Part shown: piece by piece, positions 1 through 10,237 of the stretch
How positions within the stretch are numbered: position 1 is the stretch's first letter
Layout: every line of letters begins with the position of its first letter
Origin: Intoshia linei
Taxonomy: Eukaryota > Animalia > Orthonectida
DNA: 32,278 bases
Assembly (NCBI GenBank): GCA_001642005.1
Contig: LWCA01000328.1
Span: forward strand, 1-32,278
Direction of reading: 5' to 3'
The notes under the pieces: model-generated
What the model was told of the DNA's origin: nothing
The model's input: the letters and a program-made list of their open reading frames with translations, nothing else
Databases searched by the model: none
Position numbers and translations under genes: made by a program

Positions 1-59
1 AATTTTTAATGTCTTCCTGCGGACTCAATCCTTAATTATATATATTAAAATTGACCCAT

Positions 60-1517
60 TCTTAATAATTTATTGATGTGAACCGAATTAGCCCTGAGTG
101 GCAAGCAAAATCTAAAAAAAATGTAAAATGTTGACACCCTATTGTCCACCAGCTTGCCTATTTCCGTGTCCTTTGGTTCGTATCTTACAATTTACAATTC
201 CGCACAAACTACAAATGTCCCTTACTAATTCTGACTCAAACTGTGTCCCTCTGTCCGTGTGTATTATCTCTGGAACACCAAACTTGGCCATTAACTGTTC
301 AAAAATTACCTCCGCGCATGTATTGATCTTCATGTCCGCCACTGAGAAAATTTCTGTCCATTTAAAGAAGTAATCAATCATTACCAGAAGAAATTTATTA
401 CCTTTTCTTGATTTTACAAAAGGTCCCGCAAAGTCCAATTGCCATACCCTATTCACTGCTCCGCTTACTACTGGTCTCAACTCCATTGGCCGTTTATGTC
501 CTCCGTCTTTATTTCTAGCACAAATTTCGCAATGTCCTACGTATTTTGCCACATCTTGTGACATTCCTGTCCAATAAAATTGTGTTCTCAGAATGTCCAT
601 TAACATCCTACATTTGTCCAACATTTCCCACAAATGAGCCGTAGGGTAAGCATATCTATAAATCAACTTGTTCATTCCTTGGAAATCCACCACAAACCTG
701 TCCTTGCCACCCTTTTGGGGAACCAAAAAACACGGCAATCTTCATGAATTGTTCGATGGTTCGATGATGTCAATCTTAAGCATGTTTTCCAAATGTTCCC
801 TCAAAATATGTCCTACGTTTCCTGGAGCTGAATATACTGGACCACTCACAGGGTTTATGTCCAGCCTGAGCCTCATCTCGTGTTCCATCCATGTTGTCCT
901 GCCAGTTTGTCATTTACTACATCTCCATATTTGTCCACCACCGATTCGTACAGCAAGTTCAAATGTCTTACTCTCCCTGACGCTTTGTTCCCTAAATTAT
1001 GTCCCGATATATCCACTCCTTCCTCCCATTCCTGTTCATAAGCATGATAGTCATTGTCCGGTGGTTTATTTCCCTCAATATATCCATCTTTATGTCCCAT
1101 TACCAACCCTTCACTATTTCCATACTCATGTCCCCCATTTGTCCACTTCAGTTTAAATTTTACTGACTTGTTCCAAAATTGAACATTTATCCCATATCGT
1201 TGTAAAACATTACATCCTATTATTATTACTTATTATTATATACATATTATTACGGAGCATTACAATTGTCCAATGTCCAAGCCGCCATAATATAAAATAA
1301 AACTTCAAATCTAACATCATTGTACTTTGCTATGGCCAGTGTCCCATTGTCGATCACTGTCCTTCCTCCAAACGTACCCTTGAAACCCTTTTCCTTTAAT
1401 TTCTGTACTTTCCTCTCTTCAACCACCTTCTAGTTCATCAAACTGAAACTCGCTCCTGTGTTTATCAAAACTCTCAACCTCTCGCCGTCAACCTCCAATT
1501 TTATCACAAACATCACG
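60..1517 (-). mobile_element. Degenerate Ty3/gypsy LTR-retrotransposon pol fragment (protease, RT N-terminus, integrase)
   Basis: Minus strand near 1300-1515 reads VIKLEVDGERLRVLINTGASFSLMN* (aspartic protease DTGA motif changed to NTGA, followed by a stop). ORF 139..738 has the RT start PCFLVPQKGGKDRFVVDF, the integrase zinc-binding part FYW...CEICARNK and the core WQLDFAGP...IHTDRGTQFES. PR-RT-IN order is Ty3/gypsy-like. GC is higher than the host. No LTR recognised; ends approximate. Confidence 0.9.
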
Positions 1518-1697
1518 TAATTGTTGTTTTTGTAAAAAAAGACTTTAAAAAAATTTAATTTACGTGATGAAGACTTTATGATGTAATGCAAGTCGGTTTA
1601 TCTTTAAGATTTCAGTTAAACCGTGAAAATTAATTTTTCAAAATTTCAAACAATCAAATAAACAAAATCATAAAGTGATCTTCACTTTTTATTATAG

Positions 1698-3223
1698 GTT
1701 ATAGTAACCTATAACACTATACATAAAAAAATGAAGGATCAAAGCAGGATCAAGAAACAAAACGAATCAATTTATGAGATTTCCTCCCATATATCTCTTT
1801 ATAATAAAGTTTATTGGAAATGTGTAAACGTTCAATGCACCTTTTTTTTTGAAATTGTAAGATGAATATTTTTAAATTTTACAAAAAAGGTAATTTGTGG
1901 GTTTCGCCGTGAAGATATAATATTTTTAAATTTAAATTGATCATAATATTATGGTTTTAAAACCTTTATCAGATTGGCTATTTTTTTACAATTCGTGAAC
2001 TCGCTTGTATTTTAATAAATAAAAAGATAATTGGGGTTTTTGACTTTGAAGGACTCAATTTCTCAAAATGAAATTTGCGATAAAACAACACTCTTGGAAA
2101 ACTGTAATAGAAATATAGAAATATGTAGTTTTTAAGAATTATAAATAACCAAATTTAGAACCGTTTAAAATTTAACCCTAAAGTACTTTTTAAAGTATAT
2201 TTTTTGTATATCATTAATATACTTTTTAGACCATATATAACCCAGAACATTCACAAAATACTAATTTGTATTTTAATTTGAAAGACTATACAAACTTTAC
2301 GGAAATGTTTAAGCAATCCGGTGTTAAATGTGTTGTAAGTTTTATTTACTTTTTATTGTACAAATTTAGTAGTCCAGGTCGTAAAGTGACCACATTTTAA
2401 AAAATTATCATATCTTTTTGATGGAAATTTGAGTATTTTATTTTAAAAATTATTGAAACTTGTTTTACTGGTCATTAATTAGTGATTATAATAGTTACAA
2501 TTATAATTGTAACTATTAGAGCAGATATTCTCAAACTTTATCACAGTGTGAAATACTTTAATTTTCTTTTATATTATTATCCTACGTTTACAATAACTTC
2601 AACTTAAATGTTTATAAAATAAAGATAAAGTAAATGAAAAGGTGTTCATTTAAGTTTTGGTAGCCACACCGGTTGGGAACACTAATCAAACCAGAATTTA
2701 CATTTATTCTCCCATGGTAATAATCTTTACTTGAAAATCAGAGCCGAAACTGCCATATTCCAGTATCGAAAATCTATTAAATTTCAATATCCCAATAACT
2801 CATATGATGTGGACTATCAGTTTAAATTCGAATCAAAAAATAGTTGTATAGTATATTCAAATTATATACATTTTAAAAATCTCAATTTGGAAAAATGGGA
2901 CTTCGATACGGTAGGTTTGGCTTTATTGGTCGTGAATCTATGAAATTGAGACATGTAGCATATAAGGATAATAATAACATTTAGGAAACTATATCAAAAC
3001 CTGAATGGGAAGTTTTTAGTAATTTTTTAAATATAAATATTTTGATTTATTTAATTTAGACTTGTATAATGTCTTTATTTTTCAAAAAAGTGTCTAAAAC
3101 ACAAAAAAAATGTACAATAAATATTTTAAAAATTTAGTAAAATTTTTAGACAAATCTATTTTGCAGAATAGAAAATACAGCTATTCTAATGTGGTCAATT
3201 ATTGGTTTTACAGTAACCAATAG
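1698..3223 (+). CDS. 3' portion of an unidentified multi-exon gene (5' end not found)
   Basis: Six AG/GT-bounded, phase-compatible, stop-free exons: 1698-1823, 2230-2334, 2695-2910, 2985-3011, 3060-3111 and 3150-3223 (TAG). No family recognised. Confidence 0.55.
1880..2165 (-). repeat. Fragment of the Helitron-associated repeat family
   Basis: gggtttttgactttgaaggactcaatttctcaaaatgaaatttgcgataa (~2034) resembles the reverse complement of 5975-6020 and is similar to 11140-11190. Confidence 0.55.
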
Positions 3224-4788
3224 ATAAGTGTATATTTAATAATTTGTCTAAAATTGTGAATTTTTAAACGATTTCAATAATTTTGGTACTCATTTGATTC
3301 CGTTTATCCTAAAAACTACAATGAAATGACAAAAAAACTAAAAAATTAACTTTTTACATAATATTTAGTTAAATTATCAATACAATTAGTTGACCGTTCA
3401 TTTCACTATTATCAAATTCGTTGATTTTTAAAAACGTGAGTGCATATTAAATACAAAATACATAAGTATTTTATTTGAGAAGAACTTTCTTAATTTTAGT
3501 ATTTTATAATTAATCAATTAATATCGAAAAAAATGGTAAAAAAAAGAACTTCACCAAGTATAATCAGCAAAGATGTTATCGATATTTTAATTATTAAACC
3601 ATTTTTCATACATTAATATTGTTTCTTTTCTCAAAATTACATGAACAGTCTTTAAAATCAATTGACATTTTGTGAAATACAATTTAAAACGGGTAATTTA
3701 ATAAAGTCCATTTTAGTATATTTGAGAATTTGATTTAAGAAATACTAAGTTACTTTTCTATGAATGAACTAATTAAAATATTAATAACTCTTGAACTACA
3801 CTAGGTATTTGATTTAAATTTTGTACATGGCATAACAGTAGTAGTCGGAGTCACCTGAGAAATTTTTTTGAAAATCCTTTTTTAGTGTTGCACAGTATTA
3901 TGTAATCTGTATTAGAAAATATTGTTTATTTATTGTTCTCAAATTATTTCATAAAATTGAATGTCTTAAAAATTTACATTCCTACAATTTTAAATTAAGG
4001 TATAAATTACAATGCAATTTTTCCTAGTGTTTATCATATTTCGTTAATTGTAATTTATAATGTGAATTTTAATGGTTTCAATGTGAATAATAGTGGAAGT
4101 CAAAGATTTATTAGAGGTTTTTATTAATTTAGGTTACTGAATACAATATATTAATACATACTTTATATATTATAGTATAGCTTTGTTTATTAAATGATTT
4201 GAATGTGCGTTTCTTGAGTATTTTAACCTTATAAATCAAATACCTAAAGAAACATAGTATAGGGCATGCAATAAATTTTTAATAATTGTATACTGCCTAA
4301 TGAATTTATCAAATTTTATTCTAAATCCAATAAAAAGTGTTCATTATGGTGTACTTGTTGAAATTAACATGTATTAAATGTGGTGTTAAACTAAAATAAT
4401 ATAAATCATGTCAAGTTTAACAAAGAAATTAAATGAAGAAGTGGGATATGAAAGCCATAATTTTAAAAATATAACCTAAATTCAATATACCATTTTAAAA
4501 ATCTTGTAAACAAATAAAAATGTAAACTATATGCTCCATTTTTCACATTATAATCTGCAGTAGTACTTTCAGACATGTATTTAAATTTTAAAATTGTGTA
4601 TGTGTAGGAGGATTTGCCTAGAGTTACTTTTGTTTGAATATTTTCGTTTTAATCAATATGATAATTTACTGGTTTTTAAATATATAAAATGGCATTGTCT
4701 TGTTCTATTACTATTGTTTTATAAACGTGATTTCTTGTACATCATTTTGTACATCATATCTATATATCATTTTGATTTGCAAACATCA

Positions 4789-7700
4789 ATGAGTCAATCC
4801 CCCAACAAACCAAACAGTTCATATGCTATGACACCATGGCCAACCGATGAAAATGATGACCGGAATGATGCAGACATGTCCATGTATGCTAACATTGACA
4901 ATCTAAAAATGGGAAAGAAAATTGGCCAAGGTCAGTTTAGTGGTAAGTTTTTATAACCATTAAAATAGATTTTGTGTTAATTTCACTATTTAGTCGTATA
5001 TAGATCGAAATGTTCTGTTAATAGTAAAAATGTAGCTTTAAAGAAAATTCAGGTATTTCAGATGTATAGATTGCATTTATTTTTTTAGATTTTTGAAATG
5101 GTCGATGCCAAAGCTAGGGCTGATTGTATAAAGGAAATTGATTTGTTGAAGGTATAGCATTTTTTTAATTTAATTATCTTGCTTAAGCAATTGAAACATC
5201 CGAATATTATTAAATACTTGGCTTCTTTTATATATAATGATGAATTAAATATTGTACTTGAATTGGCTGATGCAGGGGATTTGTCCAAAATGATTAAGGT
5301 TGTTTTTTTAACTTTATTATATAGGAAAATTAGCATTTTAAAAAACAAAAACGTCTTATTCCAGAAAAAATTGTATGGAAATATTTTATACAGATCTGCA
5401 GTGCTTTAGGTAATTTTATTTTTGCCCTTTTAAATGTTGGTTTCTGTATTGTAATTGTAAACAATTTTTACTTCATGTAAATTTAGAACATATGCACTCT
5501 AAAAGAATCATGCATAGAGGTTACTTATTCTACAACTTTTAGTTTCATGTTTTTAATCAAAATTTCTTAAACTATAACATTGACTACGAATCTATATAGT
5601 AAACAATATGGTAGATTTCAAATTTCTCAGTTACATGTTGCTTTTAAAACTTTTTTTGCAACTTATGAAATTTTGATTCCTGATAAAATATCATTTGTAA
5701 ATATTATTCTTTATTTACAGATATAAAACCTGCCAATGTCTTTGTAACAATGAACGGTATTGTTAAATTAGGAGATTTAGGACTAGGCAGATACTTTAGT
5801 TCAAATACTACGGCTGCTCATTCTTTGGGTAAAATTTATTATTATCCTAACTTATATAAAATGCGACGCGATTTTTGTTTGTGTGTGTGTGTCCTATTTT
5901 ATTAAAATAACTAGCATTCTTAGAATTTTTTAAAGACCACATTTCAATTACAGTTTTTCCGGGACGTATAATAAGATAAATTTCAACCTCCCAATTTCAC
6001 ATCTTAAGGGTCAAAAACCCATGTTGTCCCTACTTTTGAAAATTAAACGAGTTGGAGAATTTAAAAAAATTATTTCTTCATGGCCAAAACCCCAAATTCC
6101 CTTCCTTTTTTTTTTAGAAAACAGCCCTAGAATTTCAAAAAATTTACAGGTGGTAGAGTTGTATTATGTTAACACACATAAAAAATTTCAATCCGAATAA
6201 GTGCGACTTCACGGTCAAAAAAGTATTTTAGTATTCATATATTTTTTTTTTGAAATATTTTATTTAAACAAAAAATATGAAATAATTAACCGTCCGATAA
6301 TTTAAAAAAAGAATTATTCTGATAGAGCTTATTCCAGTTGATATAAATACAAAATTTCAACCCCAGAAATCTACGCATTTCTGGTGAAAAATAATTTTTA
6401 ATATATTATCAACCAATATTTTTCAAATATTTCGATTAAAATCAAAAATTGAAAATGTAAATATTGATCCTACAATTTCAAAAAAAAATGTGGATTGTAC
6501 GTCTACACATTTCCAATCAAGACATATACGTGAAAATCTATATAATTCATTCCTTCGGAATTTTTAAATTTCAAATTTTCATTTTCCAAACATTTTGAAC
6601 AACAATTACGGCAACGAATTTATAAAAGTTTTGATACTAACTTAATTTGAAAATGCTAAAAAGAAAAGTAACATTCACAAGAAAAAAGGCCAAAAGTATA
6701 GACAGATTTTTAACATCAATCATTTTTATATTACAATCCTATGCAATAATGATAAAATTAATTATTTAATTAATTATTGATACACAATTGGTATTATTAA
6801 GTATTTATTAAATTGGTTCTGAATATATATCATCACATTGAAAATGACAAAATAGATTTTTATAATTTTATTTTGCTGGAATTTATGCCTATTTTGACAA
6901 AATTTTTAATGAGTGTTTTTACTTTATTGTTAAGATTATACAACTCATTCTGTCTAATAAATTATTTCTTTAATTTTATTTTTTCTGGAATTTATGCTAT
7001 TTATGACAATTTTTAGGATTGGACGTTTTTACTTTACTTTTAATATTATACACATTCTGTCTAGAATAAATTAAAAAAATGGGATAATTGTTTTTAAAAT
7101 TCTAAAATATAATAAAAGAGTGCCCTCGGATTAGCTAGGTGCTGTTTTGTACGTAGTACAAAACAGCCAAGCTAGTTAACTATATTTATTGATGTTTCAT
7201 TCGAAATTTAATACAAAATCAAAAAATTGTGCCAAAATACATACATCATATCATTGCTAAATGAAAACAATACATTGGAGTGTAATTAGGCGCTTATACT
7301 ATTTTTCACGTGACGTTACCTAATTTTGTATTTTTATTGTTCTCCCAATTGTAATATTTAGTCTACCTTTGAATAGAACGCTTCTGTTATGTAATTAGTA
7401 ATTTTGTATAACAACAATGTATTTATTAATTAAAATTAAAACTTCAATAGCTCAGAAATGACACGATAGATTTAAAAAAATTTTTGGCTATTGCATATGT
7501 AAAAAGCGTTAGTATCATATAAGATATTTTTTATTAAGAAAGTTAATTTGAGTGTTATAGTTTGCAATTCATTGGTAGCAACATCGAGTATGCCATAAGT
7601 AAATCGCAATTACCTTTTTAAATTTTTTAAAAATTAAATAAAATTAATATTTTAGTTGGAACCCCATACTACATGTCTCCTGAAAGAATACACGAAACAG

Positions 7701-8336
7701 GATACAATTTTCAGTCAGATGTTTGGTCCTTAGGTTGTTTGTTATATGAGGTAAATTTTAAAAAAAAATTATAATAAGTGGGCATTATAAACAAATAATA
7801 AATTATTTTTCTGTTATAATATATTATATTAATCTTTTTCTGACGGCTTTTATAGGATAGGAATATAGGAATTGTGGAGTCTGAAATTTGATGATACTCA
7901 AAATTTCAATCTATGATTTTTTTTTAAATGACGGCCTTTAAAATTACTTGGGAAACGTTGATATATCTAACATTCATAATAGTAAATTTTTTAAATGTAA
8001 TTGAATCTAGATGGCTGCATTGCATAGTCCTTTTTATGGAGAAAAAATGAACCTCTACTCACTTTGTCAAAAAATTGAAAAAGGCGATTACCCTCCTTTA
8101 TCTGATAATTATTCAAATGATGTAATTATATTTCTACTTATTTAAAAATATTTTATATTTTAAAATTTTTGTTTATGTATTTATTTTAGTTGCGAAACTT
8201 AGTACGTAAATGCCTTCATTCTGAACCAACTAAAAGACCAAATATTACCCAAGTTTCCAAAACTGCTATAGCCATGTTTACAAATTTTAATAAATCAAAA
8301 TCACCCACAAATAATAAATCAACAAATTTATTTTAA
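4789..8336 (+). CDS. NEK7: NIMA-related Ser/Thr kinase NEK6/NEK7
   Basis: Exons 4789-4942, 4994-5052, 5089-5151, 5188-5298, 5334-5409, 5487-5519, 5721-5828, 7656-7750, 8011-8121, 8190-8336. The spliced product has [54 protein letters not shown] and [17 protein letters not shown], all characteristic of NEK6/7. Confidence 0.95.
5845..7175 (+). mobile_element. Non-autonomous Helitron in NEK7 intron 7
   Basis: The 5' end is TC (tcctaacttatataaaa...gtgtgtgtc) after an A. The 3' end has a perfect 12-bp hairpin gctgttttgtac-gta-gtacaaaacagc followed by CTAG and then T, i.e. an A|T insertion with no TSD. Internal degenerate subrepeats are present. Confidence 0.85.
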
Positions 8337-8780
8337 ACTTTTCATATCATGTGTACCGTAATTTGTGTTTTGAATACATTTTAAATGTTTTGATTGTGTT
8401 TGATTCAATAACTCATTGGTCAGTCAAATGTGCAGTCATTTCGTCGCTGCGGATCCCTTCAATTTATTTATTATAGTCTGATGTATGATTCGCCAAATAG
8501 GTTATTCTTGGAATTTTCGTGGCCTCGACTATGGCAGGTTCAGCTCTGGTTACTGGGTATCACATTTTTGGAAATTTTCCAGTCAACATCAGAATAAAAT
8601 TAACAATTTCAAATGAAATTAATGATAGTTTTTAGCCTTAAATTTAGTATCTTACATGGTTCAGTTTTGATTTTGTAAAAATCCACAATATTGCGGATAT
8701 TGTATTGATATTTGTATGATTTTATGATAAAATTTATCATACAAAATATGCATATTCAAATAAAGTTAGAAATTTTTAAA

Positions 8781-10212
8781 ATGAACTCAAAGTTTTTAAA
8801 ATTTTCAGTTAACCCAATTGCAAATATATACACCTTATCAAATCGAAGCATTATAAAAATATCTAGCAAATCTGGTTTATACAAATGGATGCAATCTACG
8901 ATTGCAAACGATATAAATACGATCGATACAAAAAATTGCATACATACCCTGATATTGGATCCAAAGGTACAACTTAGGTCGACAAATATGCTTTAACTCT
9001 AAATTTCCTAAATATCAGTCCGTGAAATATTTTGAAAAAATTAATTTACTAATTAAAAGTCTATTTATTACGTTTTTATCAAAATTTTGTAATGTTACTA
9101 GTAATGCGCTTTAGTGGTTCACGATAAATTTTATAATTTATTACCGGTCAGTCGTAAAAAAAGTGTATAAAACTTGAAAAACTTTGAATTGAAACAGTTT
9201 AGATTTAGTAGAAAATAGTTTGGTAAAGTAGAACCAAAGGGTTGGGAACCATTTTACACTTGTATCGCCTGAATGGTGCATTTCATTTAATTTTAAATAT
9301 TTTAGCATCATTTGTCGATATTTATTTTCATATACTTGCATTTTTTTAATTAATATAGGGTCACACTAAATTTGACGCATTTTTGTTTAAATCTGATTCA
9401 GAACAAAAAAAGCTGTATATGGATGTTGACAAGTCACAAACTGGCCAAATTATAAATTACTTAAATCGTTACAACCTACGTAAAACTGTAACAAGTGTTA
9501 TACAAAAATGGAAAAATATATTTAGATAACATTCACCGACGTTTCAAATAAATACAGTGCATATTGGAGTTTAGAAAATGACAATTCTTTTGAAATTGAT
9601 CCACGAATCAAAGAAATGGGGTTTCGAAAAATTGAAACAATCAAAACTTCGAAAATCGGAGACAGTATATACAGAAATCATAGACATTGTATAGGAATTG
9701 CGGAGGGGCCAGAATTAAAAAAAACAGTTCCAATTATATATAATTTCGATTGGTTGCAGTCTAGTAATTTTAAATATTACTTTTCTTTTATACAATAATA
9801 TGAATCTGCCATGTAGTGTCTAATACAAAGGGTTGTTATATTGGACAAGAAATGGTGAATCGAACAATGGTTCAAGCAATAGTTCGAAAACGCCTCGTCC
9901 CAATAAAAATAGAAAAGTAATTAAAATGAATTTCATACAAATTCGATATTCTAATAAAATTGTAATAGAAGCAACAAACCACCATATATTGGAAATTACA
10001 TCAGGAATGATAAAGGAGAAGATATTGGACGAATTACATCATATCATGAACCTCATGCGTTAGCCGTTTTAAGACTGAATAATGTTACAAAGAAACTTTT
10101 TGTTTTTAACAAAGACTTAAATTCCATTACACATCAGACTCATTTTCGTGTTCCACAATGGTGGAAAATTCAACAAGATAATTTTTTGAAAAATATAAAT
10201 TTAAAATTTTAA
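8781..10212 (+). CDS. IBA57: IBA57/CAF17 (YgfZ family) mitochondrial Fe-S cluster assembly factor
   Basis: Exons 8781-8966, 9359-9487, 9526-9763, 9817-9916, 9969-10212. Motifs: RSIIKIS, DPKGHTKFD, DPRIKEMGFR, HRHCIGIAEG, the signature KGCYIGQE, VRKRLVP and C-terminal PQWW. Confidence 0.92.
9112..9254. mobile_element. Degenerate hAT-like MITE in IBA57 intron 1
   Basis: Ends tagtggttcac ... ttgggaaccatt resemble the CAGTGGTTCCCAA-type TIRs seen elsewhere in the window. Confidence 0.45.
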
Positions 10213-10237
10213 TTTTTTCCATTTAAATATTATAAAA

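Noticed and set aside
128-1156. Plus-strand ORFs 128..373 and 668..1156
   Set aside because: Antisense shadows of the gypsy pol sequence.
3515-3610. Short hydrophobic minus-strand ORF (MKNGLIIKISITSLLIILGEVLFF...)
   Set aside because: About 31 codons; hydrophobicity is expected from T-rich DNA and there is no other support.
9359-9372. ggtcacactaaa matching the TIR of the 22149-23048 element
   Set aside because: It is the start of IBA57 exon 2 (GHTK); coincidental.
9833-10063. ORF-track 76-aa ORF
   Set aside because: Wrong frame over IBA57 exons 4-5.
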